Source: Candidatus Microgenomates bacterium | GTDB taxonomy: Bacteria > Patescibacteriota > Microgenomatia > UBA8517 | Reading direction: 5' to 3' | Length of the DNA stretch: 64,000 nucleotides | Assembly (NCBI GenBank): GCA_049519355.1 | Contig: JBEKQV010000001.1 | Coordinates: 64,688-128,687, forward strand | Part shown: positions 19,621 to 29,895 of the stretch, piece after piece | How the letters are laid out: every line of letters begins with the position of its first letter | Position numbering within the stretch: the stretch's first letter is position 1 | Made by a program: the position numbers and the translations under genes | The notes under the pieces: generated by a model | Database searches by the model: none | What the model was told of the DNA's origin: nothing | Seen by the model: only the letters and a program-made list of their open reading frames with translations

Positions 19621-20670
19621 TTAAAGTTTCAGCTCGGCATCAATGAACTCATCAATTTCTCCGTCAAGAACGGCGTCCGTGTTTCCTGTTTCAACATTGG
19701 TGCGAAGATCTTTAACCATCTTGTATGGGTGGAGAACATAACTACGGATCTGTGTTCCCCAGGAAGCGGGACGGTAATCGCCTTTTAGTTCTTTTTTTAA
19801 ACCTTTCGCCACTTCCTGCTCAAGTAGCCATAATTTTCCACGGAGAAGCTCTAAGGCAATTTTTCTGTTTTGTTCTTGAAAACGCTCTGACGAGGCAGTA
19901 ATAACAATACCTGTCGGAATATGTGTAAGCCTCACCGCCGTGGCAACTTTATTAACATTCTGACCACCGTGTCCACCTGCATGAATAAATTGCCAATCCA
20001 GGTCTTCATCTTTAATTTTTATATCCTTAAGATCAACATCGGCTAGTTCTGGCATAACTTCAACTAATGCAAATGAGGTTTGTCTAAGTTTATCCGCATT
20101 GAACGGAGACTGCCTAACAAGTCTGTGTGTTCCGGCTTCACCTTTGAGATAACCGTAGGCATAGTGTCCGGAAACTTTAAAAGTAACACTTTTTATCCCC
20201 GCTTCCTCGCCTGCCGTGTAGTCCAAAGTTTCTGTTGTCCAGCCTCTACGTTCACAGAACCGAAGGTACATCCGGTATAGCATCTGTGTCCAATCCATTG
20301 CCTCGGTTCCTCCCTGACCGGCATGAATTGAGAGAAGGGCGTTTTTGACATCGTATTCCCCCGAAAGATAAGACATCAGTTCGAGCTTATTTAAGTTTTT
20401 TTCAGCTTGTCTAACCTCAGCTTCATCCGGAACTTCTTTTAGAATACTCAACGTTTCCGAAAGATCATTTATTTCCTTAACCTCTTTGACTAAATCCGAG
20501 AGTTCCTGAGTAACGGACCTGGCGGTTTGAGGATCGTTCCAAAGCGTAGGCTCCGCAGCTTTAGCTTCAAGTTCCTCTATTTTTTTCTTTTTATCACTTA
20601 ATTTTACCGCAACAATAAGTTTTTCCAGACGATCAACCAACGACTGTACCTTCTGTTTAATGTCTTCCAT
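19621..20670 (-). CDS. prfB: Peptide chain release factor 2
   Basis: SPF and GGQ motifs, HRLVR, WGTQIRSYVLHPY. Confidence 0.96.
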   Translation of the reverse strand: MEDIKQKVQSLVDRLEKLIVAVKLSDKKKKIEELEAKAAEPTLWNDPQTARSVTQELSDLVKEVKEINDLSETLSILKEVPDEAEVRQAEKNLNKLELMSYLSGEYDVKNALLSIHAGQGGTEAMDWTQMLYRMYLRFCERRGWTTETLDYTAGEEAGIKSVTFKVSGHYAYGYLKGEAGTHRLVRQSPFNADKLRQTSFALVEVMPELADVDLKDIKIKDEDLDWQFIHAGGHGGQNVNKVATAVRLTHIPTGIVITASSERFQEQNRKIALELLRGKLWLLEQEVAKGLKKELKGDYRPASWGTQIRSYVLHPYKMVKDLRTNVETGNTDAVLDGEIDEFIDAELKL

Positions 20671-20704
20671 ATACTTGAAGTATACCAAAGAGGCTCCAAT
20701 AGTG

Positions 20705-21166
20705 TTACGGTTGGCAAAAGATTGTTTTAATTTGCTTTATATCCGTAGGGTTCATACTTTGAAGAAGTTCTATTGCTCCCGTAACCGTTGTATTTTCCTT
20801 AACGGCAGATGAGGGTTCCTGACTGCTTACTCCGAGAACCTGAATCAACTTACTTCTGCCGGCATCAAGGGCTACAGAAATAGGAGCCGGTGGATTCTTC
20901 CAACCCAAAACGCTGGTTAAGGCGGTACGTCCCCCTATTATTAAAAACCCTTCCAAAATTAATGCCAGCAAAAAACCGAATAAAGTTCCAAAAATAGCTC
21001 CTTTTAGTGACCAATCAACATAGTGTCGTCTAAATTGAGCCATAACCAGGACAAGAAGAAAAATTAAAAAAATAACTGCAGCCGCTTCAATATAAGTAAC
21101 AGGAAGGGAAAACTTTCCAAAACTCAAGTTGAAATATCCAGAACCAACTTTGGCAAGGTTACTCAC
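20705..21166 (-). CDS. Hypothetical membrane protein
   Basis: Two TM segments. Confidence 0.7.
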   Translation of the reverse strand: MSNLAKVGSGYFNLSFGKFSLPVTYIEAAAVIFLIFLLVLVMAQFRRHYVDWSLKGAIFGTLFGFLLALILEGFLIIGGRTALTSVLGWKNPPAPISVALDAGRSKLIQVLGVSSQEPSSAVKENTTVTGAIELLQSMNPTDIKQIKTIFCQP

Positions 21167-21192
21167 GGCAATTTATTGTACCACAGGAAGAA

Positions 21193-21864
21193 TTACGGGG
21201 TAGATGTCGGGGTTGAGGTTGGTGCGATCGTCGCTGTTGGGGTAGCTGCCGGAGTTGCTGATGGCTTAGCTGTTGCTCCTTTTCTCAGTCCAGTAACAAT
21301 TACTACATCATAAGTTGTACTCACTGATGCGGAAGTGGTTACGCTTTGGTAAATCGAATTCAGTTTGTTTGTGATCTCGGTCACGGCATCGCTTGAAAGC
21401 GAACTGGAAAAACTAACTTGTGTTGCAGTCAAATTTTGCTGACTAGAATTACCAACAACGATATTGGTATATCCTAAACCTTTGAGTTGAGTTTGAAGAT
21501 AAGCTGCCTCACCTGTTATCCCTGTTCCGTTTTGAACCTGAATTTTGACACCCGACCTGTTGATTGTTGCTGTAGGAGAAGGAACCGGGGTGGGGGCAGT
21601 TTGTTCTTGCGACGGATTGGTTAAATTATCAAACGGGGAGGGCTGTGTCAAAGTAGTTTCACTTTTACTTGTCGCACTTTTATAAATTACGAAACCTAAA
21701 ATTCCTACTAAAATTAAAACCCCTACAATTAAAAGGGTTTTTGCTCCACCCGACTTTTTTGGCTCTCCAACTGTGGGGAAAGAAACTCCCTGTGTAGCAG
21801 GAGTAGGATTGACTTCCTTTGGAGTTTGTTGAGTCTGTGTTTCCTGATTTTGGCTGTCTTCCAT
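21193..21864 (-). CDS. LytR C-terminal domain membrane protein with Thr/Pro-rich tail
   Basis: IQVQNGTGITGEA...YDVVIVTG. Confidence 0.8.
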   Translation of the reverse strand: MEDSQNQETQTQQTPKEVNPTPATQGVSFPTVGEPKKSGGAKTLLIVGVLILVGILGFVIYKSATSKSETTLTQPSPFDNLTNPSQEQTAPTPVPSPTATINRSGVKIQVQNGTGITGEAAYLQTQLKGLGYTNIVVGNSSQQNLTATQVSFSSSLSSDAVTEITNKLNSIYQSVTTSASVSTTYDVVIVTGLRKGATAKPSATPAATPTATIAPTSTPTSTP

Positions 21865-21896
21865 ATTGGTGTCGCAGTATAAGCGCACAAATTACT

Positions 21897-22994
21897 TTAT
21901 GTCAAGTGCTTCCGAAGTTTTTCCATAAGGATGGAGTAAAAACGTAAATTATGAATAGTTGCCAAGCGTCCAGCAGTAAAATCGTCAATTCTGAAAAGAT
22001 GCGCTAAGTATGCTTTCGAATATCTTTTACAAAGCATACAATCGCATGCAAGACTCACAGGAGAAATATCCGAAAGGTATTCTTCTTTGTCGGGTCGATA
22101 GAAAGAGTAAAAACCAGATTTTCCGATATCTATTTTATCAATCGATTCGAAATTGAATACATAAAGTCTTCCGTGTCTTGCGTCACGGGTTGGCAAAACA
22201 CAGTCAAAAATGTTATATCCCAATTTTACACAGTTAACTACGTCATCGGGCTTGCCAACTCCAAGTCCGTAGAGAAAATAATTTTCGGGAGCACATTCGG
22301 CAATGGTTCTTGCCGAAATTAAATCAAATTTTCCTTCTTCTGTAATTGGCCAACCGCCATAACCGAACCCATCAAATCCTATTCTGACAAGCTCCTCCGC
22401 ACAAAATTTTCTTAAATCCTGGAACTGCCCACCTTGGACAACACCTAAAATATATGGCCGCTTTTCTTTGGTAAGTTTCTTTTCTTTACAAATTTTTAGA
22501 TACTCTTTTTTACTCCTTTCCGCCCAAGCAATTGTTCTAATAATCGATTCTTTAGCTTCATCATAACCGACTTCGGGATCGGTAAAATCGTCGAGGACTA
22601 CAACCATATCCGCGTTTAAACTCATTTGAAATCGGATCGATTTTTCAGGGGTCAAAATAACCTTTTTGTTTTTTGAAGGATAAAAAATCACACCTTCGTC
22701 AGTAATTTTTCCTTTTATTTCACCTGACTTAATCACGGACATTACTTGAAAACCTCCCGAATCCGAAATGATTCCGCCGTTCCAAGACATAAATTTTCCT
22801 ATTCCCTCGAAGCTTTTTAAAATATTGTCGTCTAGCTCCTGCCATAAGTGAAATGTGTTAACCAAAATTCCCAGGGTTTTCGTAATCTCAAGGTCAGAAG
22901 TATCAAGGGAACGGACAACTGCACGGGTTGCGTCAGGAAAAAATACAGGGAGAGAAATATTTCCGTTTCTGGACTTAAAAAATTTTCGCGTCAT
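21897..22994 (-). CDS. tgt: tRNA-guanine transglycosylase
   Basis: NTFHL, DSGGFQ, GVVQGG, FDCVLPTRDARHG, CDC..C...H zinc site. Confidence 0.92.
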   Translation of the reverse strand: MTRKFFKSRNGNISLPVFFPDATRAVVRSLDTSDLEITKTLGILVNTFHLWQELDDNILKSFEGIGKFMSWNGGIISDSGGFQVMSVIKSGEIKGKITDEGVIFYPSKNKKVILTPEKSIRFQMSLNADMVVVLDDFTDPEVGYDEAKESIIRTIAWAERSKKEYLKICKEKKLTKEKRPYILGVVQGGQFQDLRKFCAEELVRIGFDGFGYGGWPITEEGKFDLISARTIAECAPENYFLYGLGVGKPDDVVNCVKLGYNIFDCVLPTRDARHGRLYVFNFESIDKIDIGKSGFYSFYRPDKEEYLSDISPVSLACDCMLCKRYSKAYLAHLFRIDDFTAGRLATIHNLRFYSILMEKLRKHLT

Positions 22995-23494
22995 TCAACG
23001 TTCAGGAGTTCTACTTCAAAAATTAAGGTTGAATTAGGTGGAATTGAACCAACCGTCTGTGAACCATATCCCAGACTTGGCGGAATTGTTAATTTCCTTT
23101 TACCCCCGACTTTCATTCCAACGACACCCTGATCCCAACCCTGAATTACTTCACCTGCTCCCAAATTAAATGTAAACGGTTGGTTTCTGTCATAAGAACT
23201 GTCAAATTTTATTCCGTCGGTTAAAGTTCCGATATAATTTACTGTTACACTTTTCCCGGCAACCGCTTCGACACCGGTTCCCACTACTTCGTCTTGAATT
23301 TGTAATCCATTTTCCATTGTTACTGTTTGTGCAGAGCTTGTGGCAACCGGCTCTGTCGTTCCAATTGTAGCAGCGGGAGAAGCCGTTGCCAACGTCTGTT
23401 TTTTAGAAGGGCCTTTGGTTGCAAAAACCGCAATTCCCCCAACCACAACCAAAATTACAAGAAAAATTGTTACGTATAAATAATTTCTGTTCAC
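22991..23494 (-). CDS. FKBP-type peptidyl-prolyl isomerase, membrane anchored
   Basis: FDSSYDR, VIQGWDQG, IPPNSTLIFEVEL. Confidence 0.95.
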   Translation of the reverse strand: MNRNYLYVTIFLVILVVVGGIAVFATKGPSKKQTLATASPAATIGTTEPVATSSAQTVTMENGLQIQDEVVGTGVEAVAGKSVTVNYIGTLTDGIKFDSSYDRNQPFTFNLGAGEVIQGWDQGVVGMKVGGKRKLTIPPSLGYGSQTVGSIPPNSTLIFEVELLNVE

Positions 23495-23512
23495 GAAGTG
23501 ATTATATCAAAT

Positions 23513-26227
23513 TTAATTTGGCGGCAACTGGGGATAGTGACATTTTTTCCACTTCTTTCCGCTTCCGCACCAGCAAGGGTCATTGCGTCCAATTTTACGA
23601 AGAGTAACAGGTTGTGATGGAAAAGCTTTTTCACCTGATTTTGCTGTTTCGTCTGCATTTCCGGCCAACCCCGTCGTATCAGATTTGTCCAAGTTTTCGC
23701 GGGCCATGCTTAAAGGAATTTCAGGCTGAGGCATTGCAACCCCAATCCTAAAAATCCTGTGGGAAAGCTCCTCATCAATTTTATCAACAAGATTTTCAAA
23801 CATGTTATAGGCTTCATTCTTAAATTCAACCAAAGGATCCCTTTGGCCATAAGCCCTAAGGGTTACTCCTTCCCTCAAATCATCTATATGATCAATGTGA
23901 TCCATCCAAAGATGGTCGATTGAACCCAGATAGGCAAATTTCTCGACTTCACGCATTACCGGACTCCCCAAACTCTTTTCTCTTTTTTCGTAGACATCCA
24001 TAAGCACTTTATTCAAAAATTCCTGAACCTCCGTCTCATGCTTTTGCTTCTTTATTTCCCCCTCAACCCTCTTTAAAGAATTGTCATCAAAAGGAATCAT
24101 TTCGGCCAACCCAACCGTCAATTTTTCATAATCAAAGTTTTCATCAATTTCGGATTTACCCAGAAGTATGGTCTTTTCTATTTGGTGTTGCAGTTTTTCC
24201 TGGACCTCGGATTTAACATCTTTTGATTCCAGAATACGCCGTCTGAGTTTATAAATAATATCCCTTTGTTGGTTAGCAACATCATCAAATTCAACCAGTC
24301 GCTTTCTTATATCGAAATGGAACCCTTCAACCTTCACTTGTGCCTGTTCAATGGCACGACCGATTAATGAATTTTCAATCGGTTGATCCTCAGGAAGATT
24401 AAGTCTATCCATAATTCCGCTTATTTGTTCACCTCCAAAAATTCTCATAAGATCATCCTCAAGCGACAGATAAAACCGGGAAGAACCGGGATCTCCTTGA
24501 CGACCCGAGCGACCTCTAAGCTGATTATCAACACGTCGGGCTTCATGGCGTTCGGTTCCGATTACATGAAGTCCACCGGATTTTACAACTTGCGCGTGCT
24601 GTCCTTCCCACTTTTTGTATTCTTTTGTTTTTGTAAATACTTCATTGGAAATTCCAGCTTTTCTGTCCGGCATAGCACCTCCAAGGACGATATCAACACC
24701 GCGTCCTGCCATGTTGGTTGCAACCGTAACTCCCCCAGGCTTTCCTGCCTCGGCAATAATTTCCGCTTCCCGTTCGTGGTTTTTAGCATTTAAAACATTG
24801 TGGGGAACTTTTTTACGCTTTAGATATTCAGAAATAATTTCGTTTTTTTCAATCGAAGTTGTACCCACAAGAACCGGCTGGCCTTTTTTGTAACACTCGG
24901 ATATTTCTTCTACCAAGGCGCCGTATTTTCCTCTCAAGGTCTTGTAGATCACATCACCATAATCTTTTCTGACCATCGGTTTATTGGTTGGAACCGCAAT
25001 CACTTCGAGTTTGTAAATTTTTCTAAATTCCTCCGCCTCGGTCGCAGCTGTTCCGGTCATACCTGCAAGGTGCTCGTACATTCTGAAGTAATTTTGAAAA
25101 GAAATTGTTGCTAAGGTTTTGCTTTCCTGCTGGATTGTTACGCCCTCTTTTGCTTCCACCGCCTGATGAAGTCCGTCACTCCAACGCCGGCCTACCATAA
25201 GCCTTCCGGTAAATTCATCAACAATCGTTACCTGATTATCTTTGACAACATAATCCTTGTCACGAAGGTATAAAGTTTTAGCTCGAAGTGCATTTTCAAT
25301 ATGATGAATTGAGTCAAAATCTTTCTCATATAAATTATCTACTCCGAGTATCTTTTCTACTCGAGTAATTCCTGTTTCCGTCAGTGTCGCACTCTTTGCC
25401 TTCTCATCAATTTTAAAATCAGTATCGGGATTGAGCTTCTCGACGAGCGAGGCAAATTTATAATATTTTTGTGTCGGCTCCGTGTCGGGAGCAGAAATAA
25501 TAAGTGGAGTCCGGGCTTCATCAATTAAAATAGAATCAACCTCATCAACAATTGCAAAGTAATGTCCTCTTTGAACCATCTCAGCCAAATTCGAAACCAT
25601 ATTGTCACGCAAATAGTCAAAACCAAATTCATTATTAGTTCCGTACAAAATATCACTTTGGTAGGCAAGTTTTCTTTCGGCAGGTTTAAGATGAGCAAGC
25701 CTTTCATCTCCATGACTCAAATCTGTAAATTCAGGATCATAAACAAAAGATTTTGTTTCCTGAATAATAGAACCAACCGTCATCCCGAGTAAATGAAAAA
25801 CAGGAGCATTCCATCCTGCGTCACGTCTGGCCAAATAATCATTAACCGTTACAAGGTGGGCACCACGACCGGTTAAAGCATGTAGATACATCGCCGGAAC
25901 GGCCGATAAAGTTTTACCTTCACCTGTTTTCTGCTCCGCAACTTTGCCTTCAAAAAGGGCAACGGCAGCCATAAGCTGGACATCGTAATGGCGCATTCCC
26001 AAAACCCGATACGAAGCTTCCCTAACAACCGCATAAGCTTCGGGCAAAATTTCGTCTAATGTTTCACCTTTTTCCAAACGTTTTTTAAACTCTTCGGTTT
26101 TTTTCTTAAAATCGGTGTCTTTAAGTTTTCTTACCTTTGGCTCAAATGTGTTAATTTTATCAACGATTTTCGCAAGCCTATCAACTTCCCGGGCATTTAA
26201 ATCTAGAATTCTGGAAAAAATATTCAT
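23513..26227 (-). CDS. secA: Protein translocase ATPase SecA
   Basis: KTGEGKT, VDEVDSILIDEARTPL, ATNMAGRG, SEC-C CWCGSGKKWKKCH. Confidence 0.98.
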   Translation of the reverse strand: MNIFSRILDLNAREVDRLAKIVDKINTFEPKVRKLKDTDFKKKTEEFKKRLEKGETLDEILPEAYAVVREASYRVLGMRHYDVQLMAAVALFEGKVAEQKTGEGKTLSAVPAMYLHALTGRGAHLVTVNDYLARRDAGWNAPVFHLLGMTVGSIIQETKSFVYDPEFTDLSHGDERLAHLKPAERKLAYQSDILYGTNNEFGFDYLRDNMVSNLAEMVQRGHYFAIVDEVDSILIDEARTPLIISAPDTEPTQKYYKFASLVEKLNPDTDFKIDEKAKSATLTETGITRVEKILGVDNLYEKDFDSIHHIENALRAKTLYLRDKDYVVKDNQVTIVDEFTGRLMVGRRWSDGLHQAVEAKEGVTIQQESKTLATISFQNYFRMYEHLAGMTGTAATEAEEFRKIYKLEVIAVPTNKPMVRKDYGDVIYKTLRGKYGALVEEISECYKKGQPVLVGTTSIEKNEIISEYLKRKKVPHNVLNAKNHEREAEIIAEAGKPGGVTVATNMAGRGVDIVLGGAMPDRKAGISNEVFTKTKEYKKWEGQHAQVVKSGGLHVIGTERHEARRVDNQLRGRSGRQGDPGSSRFYLSLEDDLMRIFGGEQISGIMDRLNLPEDQPIENSLIGRAIEQAQVKVEGFHFDIRKRLVEFDDVANQQRDIIYKLRRRILESKDVKSEVQEKLQHQIEKTILLGKSEIDENFDYEKLTVGLAEMIPFDDNSLKRVEGEIKKQKHETEVQEFLNKVLMDVYEKREKSLGSPVMREVEKFAYLGSIDHLWMDHIDHIDDLREGVTLRAYGQRDPLVEFKNEAYNMFENLVDKIDEELSHRIFRIGVAMPQPEIPLSMARENLDKSDTTGLAGNADETAKSGEKAFPSQPVTLRKIGRNDPCWCGSGKKWKKCHYPQLPPN

Positions 26228-26254
26228 ATCGTTCTTATTGTATCAGGTTTAAGC

Positions 26255-26866
26255 CTATTCCGAACAAAGAAACATTAAATTAGCCTCGGGGTAAAAATAC
26301 TCCACATGACTGAAGATTTTCTGAAGCTTCAGGCCAAATTTAACCGCCTCCAGGCGCTTGTCACCGTAATAAGTTCGATTAAACACTGCAGTTCCCCCAT
26401 CCTCAAGCGAGTTTTTTACTTTACTAAGAAATTTCGGATCCATAAATTTTTCGGGAAATTTACCTCCGTTATAAAGATCAATTATTATCAAATCGAATTT
26501 TCCAACAAATTTAGTCGCATCCTGAATTTTTATGTCAACTCCAACCTGATCCAGGCCTAAATATTTCTTCCCCAGTGCAACCATTTCCGGATCGATATCA
26601 ATTCCCGTTATTTTTGCCTCTGACCAAAAAAGTCTTATGTATTTTGCCGCTGTTCCTCCCCCGAGACCAAGAATTAAACAACTTTTAATGATTAACTGTT
26701 CACTCTTAACCTTTTTCAAAGTCGGTTTCCAAATTACACCCACAATTCCACCCGATTGAGTAAGTCCATCAGCTTGAATATAGGTTCCGAATCCCAAACT
26801 TCTGGAAACTTTAAGATGCCCGTTATATTCTGATTCCCGCTCTTCCAAAACTTTTGTCCCAAGCAT
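26255..26866 (-). CDS. Spermidine-synthase-like class I SAM methyltransferase
   Basis: LILGLGGG, DIDPEMV, FDLIIIDLY. Confidence 0.75.
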   Translation of the reverse strand: MLGTKVLEERESEYNGHLKVSRSLGFGTYIQADGLTQSGGIVGVIWKPTLKKVKSEQLIIKSCLILGLGGGTAAKYIRLFWSEAKITGIDIDPEMVALGKKYLGLDQVGVDIKIQDATKFVGKFDLIIIDLYNGGKFPEKFMDPKFLSKVKNSLEDGGTAVFNRTYYGDKRLEAVKFGLKLQKIFSHVEYFYPEANLMFLCSE

Positions 26867-26914
26867 AACCTGATTATACTTGTTTCGGTTTTTATTTGGG
26901 ATTAGAATAGCTTC

Positions 26915-28084
26915 ATGGCAAACATTCCTCTTCCCGAACTACTTCGGCCCAAAACTCTAAAGGATTTTGTTGGCCAGGAAAATCTGGTTGGCAGCGATGG
27001 CATAATCCGGAAGCTTCTCGACAATTCGAAAACGGATAACTTTTTTCCATCCTTAATTTTTTGGGGTCCTCCCGGTTCAGGGAAAACAACTCTGGCTCGA
27101 ATTATCGCCAATACTTTAAAAAGGGAATTTTTCGAATTTTCGGCAGTAAACACTAAAGTTAAGGATATTGAGGTTCTTATAAGTGATCAAAAGCAATTGA
27201 AGTTAATTAATTCACCAATCATCTTCCTTGATGAAATTCATAGATTTAATAAAGCTCAGCAGGACAAACTTCTTCCACATGTCGAACATGGCGATATAAT
27301 TTTAATCGGCGCCACAACCGAAAACCCTTCTTTCGAAGTGATCGGGCCGCTTCTCTCCCGTTGCCGGGTCCTAATTCTTAACCAGCTAACCGAAAAAGAT
27401 TTACTGAAAATTTTGGGAAGAGCGCTTAAACATGTAAAGAAAAAATTGGGAAAAGAGGCAGAAAAATTTTTACTTGAAGCCGCAAACGGAGATGCGCGAG
27501 TAATGTTGAATGTTTTGGAAATTGCAGCAAGCTTGGTTAAAACTCCAACCATAAAAATTCCCGATCTTGAAACCGCTTTGCAAAGAAGGCAATACACTTT
27601 TGATAAGAGAGGTGAAGATTTTTACAACGTAATTTCGGCATTTATTAAATCGATGAGAGCGAGTGATGTTGACTCGGCGCTTTATTATTTAGCGCGGATG
27701 GTTGCCGCGGGCCAGGACCCGCTTTATATTGCCCGCAGGATGGTTGTGTTCGCTTCAGAGGACGTCGCAAGTCCTACCGCACTGGTTGTTGCCAACTCGG
27801 TTTTTCAGGCATGCAATGAAATTGGTTATCCGGAATGTCAGGAAAATCTGGCGGCTGGAGTAGTATACCTTGCCACCGCCAAAAAAGACCGCTCGGCATA
27901 TGAGGCATATATGGAAGCTTTATCCGATGTAAACAAATATGGCAATCTTCCGGTCCCTCTAAAAATTCGGAATCCCGTAACAAAATTAATGAAAGAGGTC
28001 GGCTACGGCGAAGGCTACGAAAAATACGATACAGAAAGCTATCTACCTGTAAAACTCCAAGGAAAAAAATACTTCAAATCCTAG
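26915..28084 (+). CDS. rarA: Replication-associated recombination protein A (MgsA)
   Basis: GPPGSGKTT, DEIHRFNKAQQD, GATTENPSF, SAFIKSMR. Confidence 0.95.
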   Translation: MANIPLPELLRPKTLKDFVGQENLVGSDGIIRKLLDNSKTDNFFPSLIFWGPPGSGKTTLARIIANTLKREFFEFSAVNTKVKDIEVLISDQKQLKLINSPIIFLDEIHRFNKAQQDKLLPHVEHGDIILIGATTENPSFEVIGPLLSRCRVLILNQLTEKDLLKILGRALKHVKKKLGKEAEKFLLEAANGDARVMLNVLEIAASLVKTPTIKIPDLETALQRRQYTFDKRGEDFYNVISAFIKSMRASDVDSALYYLARMVAAGQDPLYIARRMVVFASEDVASPTALVVANSVFQACNEIGYPECQENLAAGVVYLATAKKDRSAYEAYMEALSDVNKYGNLPVPLKIRNPVTKLMKEVGYGEGYEKYDTESYLPVKLQGKKYFKS

Positions 28085-29318
28085 CTTCAATCTTTTCTTT
28101 CCCCATCCATTTTTGAAGAACTTTAGGGATAGCCACCGAACCGTCTTTTTGCTGGAAGTTTTCCAAAATTGCCAAAGGAACTCTTGAAGTTACAATTGCT
28201 GTACCATTTAACATGTGAACGTATTCCGTTTCTCCAGTTTTTCTTCTGAACTTTATATTTAAATTTCTGGCCTGATAATCGGTGCAGTTTGAAGTTGAGG
28301 TTACCTCTCCATAATCTTTTCTTCCCGGCATCCAGGCCTCAACATCAAATTTTCTGGCGGCCATAGCTCCCAAATCCCCAGTACACATTTCAACTACGCG
28401 GTAAGGAAGACCAAGTTCCTGATAAATTTCCTCTTCCATCTTCAAAATATATTCGTGGAATTTGGCCGATTCTTCGGGTAGACAGTAAATAAACATTTCG
28501 GCTTTTGTAAATTCGTGAACACGATATAAACCTTTTGAATATTTACCGTAAGCTCCCGCTTCCTGTCTGAAACAATGAGAATAACCGATATATTTCAGGG
28601 GAAGTTTTTCTTCGAGAATAACTTCATCGGCGTGGCTTCCGGCCAAAGTGACCTCAGCAGTAGCTATTAGTCCCAAATCCTGCCCTTCAATTGTATAGGT
28701 CTGGGCTTCATTTCCCTTTGGTGTATAACCCGTGCCAAGATAATATCGACTTTTTGCTAAATCGGGAGTAATTACGGGCAGAAATCCGACTTTTGAAAGT
28801 TTTTCAAAAGCAAAATGAATTAGTGCCAGTTCCAGTAGAGCACCGTCGCCGTAAAGAAAATAAAATTGCGAACCTGTTACTTTTGCTCCCGTTTCAAAAT
28901 CCAGAATCCCTAAATCTTTTCCAAGCTGCAAATGATCTTTGGGTTCAAAACTAAATTTTGTCGGTGTTCCCCATTTTCTAATCTCTTTGTTGTCTTTCTC
29001 ACTTTTTCCGATTGGGACATTCTTCAACGGAAGGTTGGGAATTTTAAATAGAAGCTCTCTATATTCCGATTCAACTTTCGCTTGTTCAGGTTCTTTATCC
29101 TTAAGTTCCTCTTTGATTTTCTTACCTTCTTCCGAGGGTTTTTTCTCTTCGGCAATCTTATTGCGTTTGGCACGAAGGCTTTCAATTTCTAAAATCATTT
29201 TCCTTCGCTTCTCGTCAAGTTCCAAAACTTTATCAATCAAGGACGGGTCAAATTGTTTGTCAGCAACACCCTTTTTAACGGCGTCTTTGTTTTCGCGAAT
29301 GAAGTTAATATCAAGCAT
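28074..29318 (-). CDS. serS: Serine--tRNA ligase
   Basis: MLDINFIRE, ATAE, CFRQEAG, TSNCTDYQAR, HMLNGT. Confidence 0.97.
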   Translation of the reverse strand: MLDINFIRENKDAVKKGVADKQFDPSLIDKVLELDEKRRKMILEIESLRAKRNKIAEEKKPSEEGKKIKEELKDKEPEQAKVESEYRELLFKIPNLPLKNVPIGKSEKDNKEIRKWGTPTKFSFEPKDHLQLGKDLGILDFETGAKVTGSQFYFLYGDGALLELALIHFAFEKLSKVGFLPVITPDLAKSRYYLGTGYTPKGNEAQTYTIEGQDLGLIATAEVTLAGSHADEVILEEKLPLKYIGYSHCFRQEAGAYGKYSKGLYRVHEFTKAEMFIYCLPEESAKFHEYILKMEEEIYQELGLPYRVVEMCTGDLGAMAARKFDVEAWMPGRKDYGEVTSTSNCTDYQARNLNIKFRRKTGETEYVHMLNGTAIVTSRVPLAILENFQQKDGSVAIPKVLQKWMGKEKIEARI

Positions 29319-29325
29319 AAACAAA

Positions 29326-29889
29326 TTATAGCCCTAATTCGGAAGAAATTCCCTGCATCGCTTTCAAGGTAATCTCAATAAAATCGTTTAGTTTAATTCC
29401 CAATTTTCCTTCACACATTTCGATTTGCTCCCTCTTTACCCCTGCGGCAAAACTCTTTTGTTTCCATTTATTTAAAACATTTTCAACAGTTACAACCGAA
29501 AGTTTTTTCTCGGGCCGGACTAAAGTGACAGCGACAATAAGCCCCGTTAGCTCATCGCAACAATAAAGTGACCATTCAAGATTATTTTTGGGAGGATTTT
29601 GTCCGGTGTGAGAATAATTGTGCGACAAAATTGCGTCCAGTGTTTCCTTATCCGTTTCTCCTTTTTCTTTCAACCACTGAGCCATCAAAACAGTGTGTTT
29701 TTCAGGAGTCTCCTTTGTTTTTTCGTAATCACCGTCATGGAGAAGACCAATAATTTCCCATTTTGCTTCATCTTCTCCAAAATGTTTAGCCAATGCCTTC
29801 ATTACAGCCGCAACGGCATAGCAATGCCTACGCAAATTTTGCGACTGCATATTTGAATGCAGAAGTTCTAAAGCTTCGCCTTTGGTCAT
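29326..29889 (-). CDS. HD-domain hydrolase (HDIG type)
   Basis: LRRHC, GLLHDGDYE, DELTGLI, KSFAAGV. Confidence 0.88.
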   Translation of the reverse strand: MTKGEALELLHSNMQSQNLRRHCYAVAAVMKALAKHFGEDEAKWEIIGLLHDGDYEKTKETPEKHTVLMAQWLKEKGETDKETLDAILSHNYSHTGQNPPKNNLEWSLYCCDELTGLIVAVTLVRPEKKLSVVTVENVLNKWKQKSFAAGVKREQIEMCEGKLGIKLNDFIEITLKAMQGISSELGL

Positions 29890-29895
29890 TATTAT

